Assembly: GCA_036630325.1 (NCBI GenBank)
Contig: CP142733.1
Location: 186,001-250,000, forward strand
DNA from: Vairimorpha necatrix
Taxonomy: Eukaryota
Reading direction: 5' to 3'
DNA: 64,000 nucleotides
Below the pieces are notes generated by a model that was not told the DNA's origin, made no database searches, and worked only from the letters and a program-made list of their open reading frames with translations. The position numbers were made by a program, and so were the translations under genes. Below, piece by piece: positions 27,236 through 39,189 of the stretch. Positions within the stretch are counted from its first letter, which is position 1, and the number at the start of each line of letters is the position of its first letter.

Positions 27236-29071
27236 GTGATATTTGTCGTAAACTTTCTTTTTTTAAGGATTAATAAATTTTCATGATTTTAAAAAAAAAT
27301 TTAAGGCAGACTAACGGACAATATTAGCACCGAAAAAGTTTATGTTTTTAAGTTAAAATCTCTTTGTAAGTGTGTTTTCTTAAATTCCATATCGTAAATT
27401 TAGCCTTTAAATTGTTTCCTTGCTGATCAGACAATAATAGTTTAAAAATGACGGACACGGCCGTTGCATACAATAAAAATAAGATAAACTTTTATTCACT
27501 AAACCCTTTTCTTTCTAATAAAATTATCGCATTCTGATATATCCACGATCTTACTTCTTTTGGACGTTAAAACACAATAGCATCACAAAAAAATCGACAA
27601 TATTGTATCTAACAATCATGAATTTATGAATTGAATCATCTTTTTTTTTATGGTTTATGTGTTATCAATAAAGCTATTTGTTACTTGAAGTTCTTTAACC
27701 AAATAGGATTTATTTTTTTATTTATAATGAAAATTATTATATCTCAAAAACGAACTCCATTCCAATACTCTTAATTTTTTATGAATATGCTTGATACAAG
27801 ATAAGCTTTCATTGGGATGTAATTCAATTATTTATTCTGTATTTCTCTTTATATAAAATTAATACTTTTTCTTTCAAGGCCGAAAAAATATCCATGATAC
27901 ACAATAAACCAAAATTTTCGTATATGTATTTAGTACAAAAATAAAAGTTTTATAATAAATCCAAATTTTTTTACCTACTAATTTTTCTCTACTTTATGTT
28001 CATACCATATAGACATAATTGTATTACGTAAATTATTTCACGTCATAAATTTTTTTGTATTACGTTTTTTTTTTAGCATTTCCGTCTTTTTATACAAAAA
28101 TTATCTCGTGCTTTCTCTTTTTTGTTTCTTATTGTATACACAAAACAAAATTTTACAGCTAGAACTAAATCTAAACCTATTAAATTGGAACATAATATGC
28201 TTAATATTATATCTTTTATGTTAAAAATTTCTAAATATGTTTTTTGCCAAAAAAAATTTATAATTTACAGTTTATTTCTCTCATAACCCCGTAGAATATT
28301 TGATTGATTCATAAAATCGGTGTTGTGCTTAAAACACATTTTTTCTATAAAAAGTGAAATTTGAATATAATTATTTATTTTATAACTGGAAGCACAAAAG
28401 CTATGCATATAATTTAACTAATTCGGTCAAATATAACAAGAAAAAAAATTATTAATACACTTCAAACATTTGCATGTGAAATGAAATAAAAGACATTGTT
28501 TTTCAACTTTAAAATAATAATTCATTAATTTGTTTTTAATGAAATCCTAGCTAATATAACATCCTATTAAAAATTTTCAATATAAAATTATTTTTATCTG
28601 TGTTTGTCAATTTAAAGATAAAAAGTATTCATTATGGTATAAAAGAGTTTTTTATATATTTAGAATTAAATATAACTTTATTTTTAATTTAGATACTAGA
28701 GTGCAAGAAAATTTTTTTTACAAGTACTTTTATTTATATGTGTATTCTTTATTTTTAGTTCTCGTCAATAAATAACAGTGTATTTCAATCTTTCATAATA
28801 TTCTTTTATAAACCCTACTATTAACTTATTTGTTTAATTTATAGTTTAATTCAATATGGAGAAAAGATAGGCGGATTTAACACTATGAAATCTATTCAAT
28901 TTTCATAAATTACGTAGAGAAAAAAATTGAAAAATCATTTTTAACGTGGGATAATAAGAAGCTCTTGTTAGATTATAAAGTTCGATTGAGGGAAGCGAAA
29001 TTCGGGTTTTTTTACTTTCTGTGAAGAGCAGCTTATAAAACAACAGAGAATGATTTACATGATGCAAGAGA

Positions 29072-30156
29072 AGATATTGAGAAGGAGAAGACGTAAATCA
29101 ACGATAAGGTTTGAGGGGAGCCAGATCGAAGAATTATAGAGTTTGTAGTGGCGAATATAATGGGATTAAGGCAAGAAAAGGTATTGAGAATGAGAGTGCT
29201 TAAATAGACGATAAGGTTTGAGGGGGACCAGATCGAAGAAATTAAGACTTGTTAGTAGCAAGCTTATTAGAGACGACGAGAAAGAGAAGGTAATCTGAAG
29301 GAGAAGACTTTAATCGACGATAAGGTTTGAGGGGAACCAGATCGGCGAAATATGACTTGTTAGTAGCGAGTTTTATGAACATTAAGAGACAGAGAAGGTA
29401 TTGAGAAGGAGAGTGCTTAAATAGACGATAAGGTTTGAGGGGAACCAAATCGGCGAAATATGACTTGTTAGTAGCGAGTTTTATGAACATTAAGAGACAG
29501 AGAAGGTATTGAGAATGAGAAGACATAAATCGACGATAAGGCTTGAGGGGGAAACCAAATCGAAGAAATTAATACTTGTTATCAGCAAGCTTATTAGAGA
29601 CGACGAGAAAGAGAAAGTATTGGGAAGGAGAAGACATAAATCGACGATAGGGTTTGAGGGGAACCAAATCGAAGAAACATGACTAGTTAGTGGCGAGTTT
29701 TATGAACATTAAGAGAAAGAGAAGATATTTGAATGAGAAGACTTAAATCGACGATAAGGTTTGAGGGGGGGAACAAATCGAAGAAAACAAGACTTGTTAG
29801 TAGCAAGCTTATTAGAGACGACGAGAAAGAGAAGATAGTAATAATGAGAAGACTTAAATCGACGATAAGGTTCTGAGAAAAAACCAGATCAAAAGAATAT
29901 GGCTTGTTAGTGGCGAGTACAGTGAACTTAAGGTAGAGAAGATATTTGAATGAAGAGACTTAATTCGATAATATTGTTTGAGGGGGAATCATGTTGAAGA
30001 ATTATCAAATTGTATGTGGCGAGCTTATTGAACATTGAAAGAAAGAGAAGGTATTGAGAAGGAGAAGACTTAATTCGATAATAACGTTTGAGGGGGAACC
30101 ATGTCGAAGAATTATAAACTTGTTAGTAGCGAGCTTATTAGAGACGACGAATGAGA
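29072..30156. repeat. ~108-bp tandem repeat block, about 10 copies (unit 3)
   Basis: Almost identical to the unit 2 block. Confidence 0.92.
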
Positions 30157-30703
30157 GCAAATTGTTCTTGCTTAAGATCGAAGTTTCTACTTAAGAACTG
30201 AATGCTATTTAGTCTAAGAATGAAAACTCATTTGTAGTATCCTTATCGAAACCAAAACAAGAGAAATTTTCTGCACACAGAAAAAAAAGAATGAGGTTAT
30301 TTGTTCGAACTTCAAGAAAAAATTAAAGATATGGCAGCTTCTTAAAGAAACTCCTATCTGCGATGTAGTGATTTGATCTGAAGAGATAATACACATAATG
30401 TGCAGAGAAGGCCTTTTGAGAATAAGAGTCGAGAGGTAAGTAACTATTAAAGCTGACGATGCTTAGAAGAAAATCCTGTGTGACTTGGCGCGATACGACT
30501 TAAATTTTTGAATTCACTTTTGTCGTACCTCCTGCGGAAGTACAACTCCAATAAAGATAAGTTTTGAGTAAATAGTTTATTTCTCTTATCTTCCATACCC
30601 CTAAGTATGGAATTTTCTTTTATAGTTTTTTTTTGTTTGTTTACAGGGTAAACAAATCAAGAAATGTCAAAAATGATATGTTTGACATGTGGGATACCAC
30701 ATC

Positions 30704-31501
30704 CTACCCTCTTCTTTTAATGTCCTTTATGTGGATCCAAATGCCTCCTTCTTCTACTTTAACCCAGTTTCCTTTCTTCCCAACCTCTTTGATCGTACAG
30801 GGTCCTTTATATTGTTCATCCATTTTCCCAGCTTTGAAATCTCTTACAAATACTTTATCATTTATTTTTAATTTTTTATCGTTATTCTGGTTCAGTGTGG
30901 CTGGAACTGATTTGTATTTTGGTTCCTTTAGGTTGCTTTGTCGTCTGAATGGGTCAAAAAAGCTGTATTGTTTCTCTAATTCGAATGGAGAGCATCCAAT
31001 AGTTCTTTTGTAATTTACGTTAAGTTTAATGTTAATTTTATTTGTTATGTCGTTGATGTTATTTAGCTTGTTTATCCTTAGACATTCAGCTATTATACTG
31101 TTTTGCCTTTCTGCCATTCCGTTGCTTTGCGGATGGTATATTGGAGTGTTAACGAGTTTAATTCCTCTACTTTTCTCATATTTTTCTCTGAGTTTTTCTC
31201 CGGTAAATTGTGTGCCATTGTCCATGATAATTTTTTCTGGCTGTTGAAATTCTTGTATCCATTTATCTATACATTTTATTATTGTATCTTCCGTTATGTT
31301 ATATAGAAGGTATACCCTTGAAATTCTTGAGTAAACGTCTGTTATGCAAAGGTAATAAGCCTTATAATGGATTGTATCATGTTCAAAATTTTCAAGTTCA
31401 AATGGTCCAAATATGTCCATGGCTATTGTTCCGTAAATTTTATCAGATTCGATCTGTAATTTCTGAGTTTTGACTTTCTCTTTCTTATTTAAGTTACACA
31501 T
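30704..31501 (-). CDS. Integrase core, out of frame with the upstream polyprotein
   Basis: MDIFGPF, MDNGTQF, HPQSNGMAERQN and YKGPC motifs. Confidence 0.9.
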   Translation of the reverse strand: MCNLNKKEKVKTQKLQIESDKIYGTIAMDIFGPFELENFEHDTIHYKAYYLCITDVYSRISRVYLLYNITEDTIIKCIDKWIQEFQQPEKIIMDNGTQFTGEKLREKYEKSRGIKLVNTPIYHPQSNGMAERQNSIIAECLRINKLNNINDITNKINIKLNVNYKRTIGCSPFELEKQYSFFDPFRRQSNLKEPKYKSVPATLNQNNDKKLKINDKVFVRDFKAGKMDEQYKGPCTIKEVGKKGNWVKVEEGGIWIHIKDIKRRG

Positions 31502-34500
31502 TCTGCAATTTTTGTTATTGCTATTATTTTGTTCTTTAATCCAATTATGTTGTAGAAAGGAGAGAGATTCTTGTTTAATACTACGATTCCTGGGTGGCCG
31601 GCTAGTTCATGTATTTTTGTTAGAAAATTTTCTGCTTCGGTGTTTTTGATCATTATTTTGTCATCTTTATTTCTTTCCCAGTTTTCCTTTCCGGATTTAT
31701 CGTCTGATATTTTTTCTACATATTGTTCTATTATATTCGTAAGGTTATTTCCATGTCTGACATTTTCTATTTTAAAACATCTTGATAGGTAGTCAGCTAC
31801 TGAGTTATTCTCTCCTGCGATTTGTTTTATGCAGTAATTGTGCTCTATCATCATCGCGTCCCATCTTTCTATTCTTCTGCTTATTTTGCTTTTAAATAGA
31901 CAATTCCTGTTATCTGTATAGATTTCGACGTAATTTCCGAGTACTATGTTTCTGCACTTATCCATCGCGTATACTATTGCAAAGTATTCTTTTTCCACTA
32001 TTGTATAATTTCTTTCAGTTTTATTAAATTTCATGCTTATATTTAAAATTATTCCGTGTTCTTGTGATAGTACTGCGCCCATTCCTAGTTCAGAGGCGTC
32101 GCAATGTAGTGTAAATTTTTTACTGTAGTCTGGCAGTACTAGATGGCTATTGTTCTTTAGTGTACTTACTAATTTGTTTATTATTAGATTGTCTTCTTTT
32201 GTTAGCTTGACTTTTTTTTCGTTTCCTTTTAGCTTTTCAGTTAAGCTTAGAATTTCTAGACTTAAGTTTGGAATGTATTTTCTGTACCAATTAAATATGC
32301 CAATTATTTTTTGCAGGTCTTTTTTAGTGTGGCATTTCATGTTTTCTGTTAGTTTACAGTCTTTCGTGAGAGGGTACATTTTTCCGTTAAAAATTCTTGT
32401 TCCTAGGATTTCGGTGTCCTTTGTGCAAAACTCTGATTTTGCGAAATTTACATTTACATTGTAATGTTTCAATCTTGTGAACAGTTCTTTAAGCGTATTG
32501 AGGTGTGATTCGTAGTCCTTTGTGGCAATTATTATGTCGTCTATATATACTGAAATGTTATTTATCCCGAAAAGTATTTTGTTCATGATTTTCTGAAAAG
32601 CTTTTGGTCCATTTTTTAATCCAAAAGGAAGTCTTTTGTACCTGAATGTTTTACCAAATATCGAAAATGCTGTCCATTTTCTGCTATCTTTTGCTAGGAG
32701 TAATTGATTAAACCCGTTTGTCAAGTCTAATTTGCTTATTACTTCGCTTTTACCAAGTTGATAAATAATATCGTCCATTTTGGGTATTATTTCCACTTCA
32801 TCTTCAACAAAGTTATTTATTTCTCTATAGTCTACTATTAATCTCATTTTCCCATTTTTCTTTTTCTTAAAAAATGCGGGACTTGTGTATCTTTCATTAC
32901 ATTCTTCTATTATGTCAGCGGTTATAGGTCGTTGTATTTCGGCTATTGCATCTTCTTTAAAGTTTGATGGTACGGCATAGTTAATTTTCTTACATTTTAT
33001 GTCGTTGTTTGAAACTTGTAATTTAACGTGATCTGTGTTTATAGGACAATTTTCTTTGATTTCTCTTTTATAATTATCTATAATTTCCCTAAGTCTTTCT
33101 TCTTCCTTAGTGATAAGTATTTTTCCTGGGGGTTTTTCGAATTCTGTTTCTTCTGCATTTGTTTTCATATTTACGGTTGCGTTGTTCCAGATTATTTTCT
33201 TTCTTGTAAAATCTAATATAATATCGTTTCTCGATATGAAATCTCTACCAAGTATAATATTGACTGGTAGGTTTTTTAATAAGTAAAATTCAATCTTGCA
33301 TGTCTCGTTTTGATCCTTTAATTTTAAGTCGAGTTCTATTGTAGTGTTAGTTTTTTCACTAGATTTATTACCGAACATTACCTGGATCTCTTTGTTTTCT
33401 CTAGTGGTGATGTTCCATTGTTCTACGAGGTCTGCTTTTATAAAGTTTAATCCTGCTCCGCAGTCTATAGTTCCTGTTGACTCATGTTTTGTGTTGATTA
33501 TGAGTGGGATATCGAGTTGTTCGACAATGTTAGGATTTTCTAAAATAACATAGTTTAAAGAGTTTTTATTTTCCCTGGGCTCTGAAGTCTTTCTCGTTGT
33601 ATTTTTTAAATTTTGATTGGTATCGGGAACTACTGTCTTTTTGTAGTTGTTGAATTTTTCGTGTTTTACTTTGCTCATATTCGATCGATTTGTTTCATTG
33701 CTTTGCCCGCAGTCTCTCGTTGTATGTCCCAAAGTTTTGTGGACTTTACACCATTTTTTCATGAATCTTATACCTGAGGTGTTATTTAGCTTTCTCGGTA
33801 TGTTAAATCTTGTTATTATGTTTTCTTCAATTCTTTTTAGGGCTGGTATGATTTCGGGTAGTGTTTCGAAGTTTTGTTCCTCGAGATATCTTACTGTTTC
33901 TAAGCCTAGTCCTCTGTATAGAGATTCCTTTGATCTTCGTTCGTATTCTTTCATGCTACAGTTGGATACTTTACTGTAAATAGTTAATCGATTCATGATT
34001 TCGTTTACATAGTCGTCGAAGAAGATGTGGTCAGTCTGTTTGAGATTACTCAGTTCTGCTATTAAGTTCTCGACCCTTTTCTGTGAAAATACTTTGGACA
34101 TGATGTATTTTTTGTTCTCTTCATAATCATCTTTCAATTTGGTTTTATCTATAATCTGATCTTCTATAAGATCGTATAAAAAGAGCCTTTTAGTTTCTTC
34201 ATTCCATTGGTTCCTTTGGAAAATTTCTTCGATCTTTTTGAACCATCCTAGTAGATCGATTTCGAATATGTCGTTGATCAGTTCTACATTCTTAGTGATT
34301 CCTAGATCCACTTCACCTGTCTTAATTCTTATGGTGACTACTTTTGTTTCTTGAATTTTGGAGTTGTGCCCTGCGATTTCTCTTCCTCGCGTGGGTGGGA
34401 GTTCATTATATTTGTACTCTCTTATTGAATTCAATATGTCGTACCTCCTGCGGAAGTACAACTCCAATAAAGATAAGTTTTGAGTAAATAGTTTATTTCT

Positions 34501-34512
34501 CTTATCTTCCAT
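31489..34512 (-). CDS. Gag-protease-RT-RNase H polyprotein (ends inside the integrase zinc finger)
   Basis: WCKVHKTLGHTTRDC knuckle, IDCGA protease, LPFGL and YIDD RT motifs, CDAS...VADYLSR RNase H, HELAGH. Confidence 0.93.
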   Translation of the reverse strand: MEDKRNKLFTQNLSLLELYFRRRYDILNSIREYKYNELPPTRGREIAGHNSKIQETKVVTIRIKTGEVDLGITKNVELINDIFEIDLLGWFKKIEEIFQRNQWNEETKRLFLYDLIEDQIIDKTKLKDDYEENKKYIMSKVFSQKRVENLIAELSNLKQTDHIFFDDYVNEIMNRLTIYSKVSNCSMKEYERRSKESLYRGLGLETVRYLEEQNFETLPEIIPALKRIEENIITRFNIPRKLNNTSGIRFMKKWCKVHKTLGHTTRDCGQSNETNRSNMSKVKHEKFNNYKKTVVPDTNQNLKNTTRKTSEPRENKNSLNYVILENPNIVEQLDIPLIINTKHESTGTIDCGAGLNFIKADLVEQWNITTRENKEIQVMFGNKSSEKTNTTIELDLKLKDQNETCKIEFYLLKNLPVNIILGRDFISRNDIILDFTRKKIIWNNATVNMKTNAEETEFEKPPGKILITKEEERLREIIDNYKREIKENCPINTDHVKLQVSNNDIKCKKINYAVPSNFKEDAIAEIQRPITADIIEECNERYTSPAFFKKKKNGKMRLIVDYREINNFVEDEVEIIPKMDDIIYQLGKSEVISKLDLTNGFNQLLLAKDSRKWTAFSIFGKTFRYKRLPFGLKNGPKAFQKIMNKILFGINNISVYIDDIIIATKDYESHLNTLKELFTRLKHYNVNVNFAKSEFCTKDTEILGTRIFNGKMYPLTKDCKLTENMKCHTKKDLQKIIGIFNWYRKYIPNLSLEILSLTEKLKGNEKKVKLTKEDNLIINKLVSTLKNNSHLVLPDYSKKFTLHCDASELGMGAVLSQEHGIILNISMKFNKTERNYTIVEKEYFAIVYAMDKCRNIVLGNYVEIYTDNRNCLFKSKISRRIERWDAMMIEHNYCIKQIAGENNSVADYLSRCFKIENVRHGNNLTNIIEQYVEKISDDKSGKENWERNKDDKIMIKNTEAENFLTKIHELAGHPGIVVLNKNLSPFYNIIGLKNKIIAITKIAECVT

Positions 34513-35259
34513 ACCCCTAAGTATGGAATTTTCTTTTATAGTTTTTTTTTGTTTGTTTACAGGGTAAACAAATCAAGAAATGTCAAAAATGATATGTTTG
34601 ACATGTGGGATACCACAACTTTAAAGTAAAATTTTTGTGAAGAGTTAACGATCTATATAATTGTCTTGAGACTCTAAACGAGCATTGATACCTAAAAATA
34701 TAAATTGACTAGAAATCCTGGGAAAATATTTAGATTATACCTTAAAAAATGTCTTTTTAACTAGTCAGTTATTGAATAAACACTGCTGTTATTTTGTTTG
34801 TTCGGCGGATCGTGTAAACATATAATATGTTTTTTCATCTTGCTTTGTATTAAAAATATTTCATCTGATAAGGTAAACATAAATAATAAAGTTCTTGTAA
34901 AATAAATCTGACGATCACAAACTTCACTTTTAATTGAATAGTAGTACGAAAGGAACATCATATTGTTGATTTGTATATTTTTTATGGTGTGTTTTGTAAT
35001 AAATTTTTTTATATCTAACCATAAAAAAATAATAACCCAGACCCAACCCATATTTATGCATTATTTTTTTTTCTATTTATAGTTTTAAAATTCATGGAAC
35101 GTTCTAAAACCAACAAAATTCTTTTTGACGTAAAAAATAAACATAAACAATTTTTGCTAATAAATGTTAATACATATTTTGATCGTATATAAAGTAAAAT
35201 TTCTGTACACATTTTACAAGACAACAACACAAATAAACAATGCATTGTTTACAGAAAGA

Positions 35260-36231
35260 GGCTAAAGTGCACAATAGAAATATTTTTTTGAATTGAAATT
35301 TTTTAATTGTTTTTGACCTTTTTTTAAAAAATGGAGGAAGAAAGATGGAAAGGAAAAAAGAAAATTAACAAGTAGAATAAAAGAATTAATAAAGCAGCAA
35401 CGACTGAAGTAGAAGAATAATTTGGAGCATATACCTAAACAAATATGTTTTGCACATTGGCTCATCTGTTTCTATTAGGTATAAAATTTTATAGAGAACG
35501 CCAATTACCTTCTATGGTATTGGTATGAACTTCCGTGATTGAGTCTCTAAAGTGTAATGTATGGTTAACCATATGGTGTTGGCCAAATAAAGTACCTAAA
35601 GAATGTTGCTCTTCACATATCACTGTGTATGATACCTTTTCTATTTACATGTTTTAATAAAAGTTCTATTAGAGTTTCTTTATCTATTTTTTGATGTGTA
35701 CTTGTATTATTTTACGTTCCATTGTACTTTCGGTCATTCCAAAACACCAAAATCCTTTGACTAGCTTGCCTCGGTAGTTTTTATTTTTTCCGATCTTTGT
35801 CTCATCAATTTCTACTATTATGTTCTCTCCGCCTACAATAATCATTATTAACAAATACTTATCGTAAATGTTCATTTTTTTTAGTTTTTTAAAACGTAGG
35901 TATTGTTTTTTTGAACAAGGTAAAATTTGACAAATAAACTTACTGGGTTACCCAAGAATCCACAGATTAAGTATTTGCAATGTTAGTAAATGACAAAGTT
36001 TAGAATCACTAAAGAAAGTGTCATGCCAAATAGAAATTGTCCGTCGACATCTCTTCCAAGTACAAGTCAGTAAATACTCCTTTTTACTTACTTTACGTAT
36101 TTTACCTCACATTGATCACAAATATTAATTGGTTTTTATCTTATCAGTTCATTATATATGTTTCTAATTCTTCTCTTGTTTTGATTCCTTCCTCTATTTT
36201 TCAAAAAATACTCCTATAGTGCACTTTAGCC
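35260..36231 (-). mobile_element. Merlin-B relic at unit 3/4 junction
   Basis: TIRs as at 11166. ORF 35684-35875. Confidence 0.85.
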
Positions 36232-37829
36232 AAAAAATAAGTTGAATTGAGACACGAATATGTGCTAACTATCTTTGATTTGTTGTATTAGTCCATTTAA
36301 AATGTACTAGATAACACTTTGACAACTGTAAATAAAATAGGTGAAAGGGTCTTTTTGATATAATTGATATTAAACGTAATTTATAAAAAATTTGATACAA
36401 AATATTGTCAAACCTATTAAAGAAAAAAAAGACATAGAAACACATCTACAAAAAAATGGATATTGTTTGTAAAAATGTTAGAATTTGATTTTAAATTGGA
36501 TAAATACAAGACCAATATAGTTATGATATTGTGAAAAATTTATGAAACTAGAAACTAATTTATAGTTTACATTTCTATTTTGTTATGTGTATCAAAAAAA
36601 TAAATTAACAATTAGAATAGCATTCAAATTACGACATAAATTAAAATAACAGTCTTGAAGTAACATCACAAGTGAATTTTTCAAAATATCCTAGACATGA
36701 TAAGACGATTTGAGAAACGGGTTAGATAAAAAACATGACTAAGTATCGAAGTAAATTTTTAATTCAAATTTTTGACCGTATCAAAAGGTAAAATTTAATT
36801 TGTTCGTTTAGAAAAAAACAAATTCAAACAAACACGAATTATCAAACAAAAAAATTTTAAACAATTTTGAAAAATTCGAAAATTTAAATATGTTTTTTTC
36901 AGTACTAGTAAAAATCATAGAATAAATTATAATCAATAAAATACAGTTTCTGTGTATAATTTTTAAATTAATTCTTTGTGAAATTAGATGATTTTATATG
37001 CTAAATGACATTCGTTAAATTGTTAATAAGCGCTGTATTAAAATTATAAATAATATAGTTAGTATTAGATTACACTTATCATTATTTATACTCGATAAAA
37101 TATTATCAACATTTGAACCTTATAATTAAATAATTGTGTATCATAATAAATATTTAATTATCATTTTCATTTTTTATATAACATTATAAATTTATTGTAA
37201 AATATATCGAATTATTTTTTAGAAATATATATGTTAATCACAAGTAATGATTTAAAAACTTGAATTTTTAATTGAGAAAAATATAAATGAAATGTTGTAT
37301 ATTAGAATTAAAATTGTTTAATATGATCAATTACAAGAAGTTATCAAGATACATGAGCTAGATAGTTGCCTGTTAAAACACCTGATCATGTTTATTTTAT
37401 TTTTTAAAAAATTAATTTTATTCAGTATTTATTGTATTAATAATTACAATGTTTAAGAAATCTTTAAAACAAAATGAAGAAAACAGTATTATCAATAATC
37501 ATCAAGCCTATCATCATCAAAACCTATACAATAATTATAAATATGAGTATAAACATTCTTATCAAGATTAAATATGTTATAAAAATAAACAGATGCTTGT
37601 ACATAATGATTAAAAAAGACCACAAGAAAAAAATATTGTAAACAAAAAAAAATATTTTATGAAATGTTTATTTTTTGATTATATATCGATTTATATACTT
37701 CTTTCGTATCGTTTCTTTTTTCCCCTCCAAAAAACACCCTTTTAGAAAACAAATTAAAAAAGTTTATTGGTAAAAAAACAAAATAAAACAAAAAAATGCA
37801 TATATTCAAAAAAATCAACATTACCCCCA

Positions 37830-38501
37830 ATGTTGCAATCAAGCTATGTGTTTTCTGATGTTTTAAACTTCTGGAGAAACAAAGAAGCACTACAGTGTAA
37901 CAAGACAAATCTAATTATAGACAATTATTCAGATGACGTGAGGGCGTCGTCTGATGATAAAATTGTCGATTTGCCTACAGAAAAGGTTGTATTCAGCCAT
38001 TCTTCAGTTGACGTGGGGGCGTCGACTGAAGAAGAAAGTGTTGAAGAGAATCAAGAAGACTTGGTGGAAAATGTAGATATTAAGAATGAGGAGGCGAAGG
38101 AGAATAGTGAAAGCACAGAAGATTTGGGGGAGGAGGGCCATATTGAAGAAGGGGAAATGGGGGAGGACCCTATAAGTTTAGGAGAGGGTCTAGAGGAGTT
38201 TGAGGGGAGTGATGGCATATTTATGCCAAAAATCTTCTTCAAAGAGAGAGATGTCGAGGGGAACGAGAAAATAATTAAAAGCGAAGAACTGACAGAAGAA
38301 GATTTGAAGAGAATAGGTGATCAAATTTCCGATCTCTATTCTCTCCATCTTCTGGAAGTGGGCTTTAAAAGGATGAGGGAGGCGGAGGAGAACTATAATA
38401 AGTCATGGAGAGGGAGAATATATAATGCAATAGGAAGACATTTCTGTTGTTTTGTGGAAAATGACGAAGATTCCGAAGACATGGAGGACGAGTTCGATTA
38501 A
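37830..38501 (+). CDS. Acidic orphan protein, array copy 4 (223 aa)
   Basis: Intact ORF, ATG after CCCCCA. Confidence 0.85.
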   Translation: MLQSSYVFSDVLNFWRNKEALQCNKTNLIIDNYSDDVRASSDDKIVDLPTEKVVFSHSSVDVGASTEEESVEENQEDLVENVDIKNEEAKENSESTEDLGEEGHIEEGEMGEDPISLGEGLEEFEGSDGIFMPKIFFKERDVEGNEKIIKSEELTEEDLKRIGDQISDLYSLHLLEVGFKRMREAEENYNKSWRGRIYNAIGRHFCCFVENDEDSEDMEDEFD

Positions 38502-38720
38502 AAAAATTAATATTTAAACTTCTTTTCTTTGTTTTTATTTTTATTATCTGCATAATTATTTTTTTTATAATGTCAAAAACGAGAATTCTTTTATATAATT
38601 TTATTACAACATGCTTTTTAACGCAATGCCTCCCTGTTTTATATATTTGTTACAAAATAAAATATTAATTGTGATCTAATAGCAGCCACATACAGCGTCC
38701 AACAAATAGCAAACGAAAGA

Positions 38721-38944
38721 TGTCAGGCGACAGATCTCCATTGGTACTAAGATTACCCTGGAGATCTGAGAACACCATTTTGTGAATATTCTCTCTCTTT
38801 CCAAACATAATTTTTGGAGAAGAAATCGGGATATTCCCCCTCCTAAAATTATTTAAGAAATTTATGCCCAGAAGGGTATGAAGAATGATAAAAACATTAG
38901 TTTAAAACATTCTTCTCGGGCTGATGGGAAACCATCAGTCCATA
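38721..38944. mobile_element. Solo LTR family A, unit 4 (diverged)
   Basis: Homologous to 1465-1686, right end mutated. Confidence 0.7.
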
Positions 38945-38948
38945 AAAG

Positions 38949-39189
38949 TGTGGTATCCCGGTGAGTAAATACCACTCTACAATATTCTTAATATAAATGT
39001 TTTTATTATAATTTGTATAAGCTTCTTTAGCTTCTCTAAATTCCGACCCTCTCATCTATCTCCTTTTTTGTCCGTCGTACCCTTCCTTTTTATAATTTTA
39101 TTTATAATAAATAAAATTCTAGAAAATTCTTTGATTGTTTTGACAGGGAGGGAAATAAATTAAATGTTGTAGAATAACAGTCTACAACA
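38949..39189. mobile_element. Solo LTR family B (241 bp), unit 4 only
   Basis: TGTGGTATCCC...CTACAACA with TSD AAAAG. Absent from units 1 and 3. Shares its first 11 nt with the sense strand of the 181-bp LTR. Confidence 0.82.

Larger units (their letters stand above)
30521..34617 (-). mobile_element. Ty3/Gypsy LTR retrotransposon, 4097 bp, recent insertion
   Basis: Apparently identical 181-bp LTRs (30521-30701 and 34437-34617, TG...CA), TSD ACTTT, PPT AAAAGAAGAGGGTAGGA. Empty site at ~19840 in unit 2. Confidence 0.97.

Noticed and set aside
31489-31510. Programmed -1 ribosomal frameshift
   Set aside because: There is no X XXY YYZ slippery heptamer, and the position inside the integrase zinc finger is not a known recoding site.
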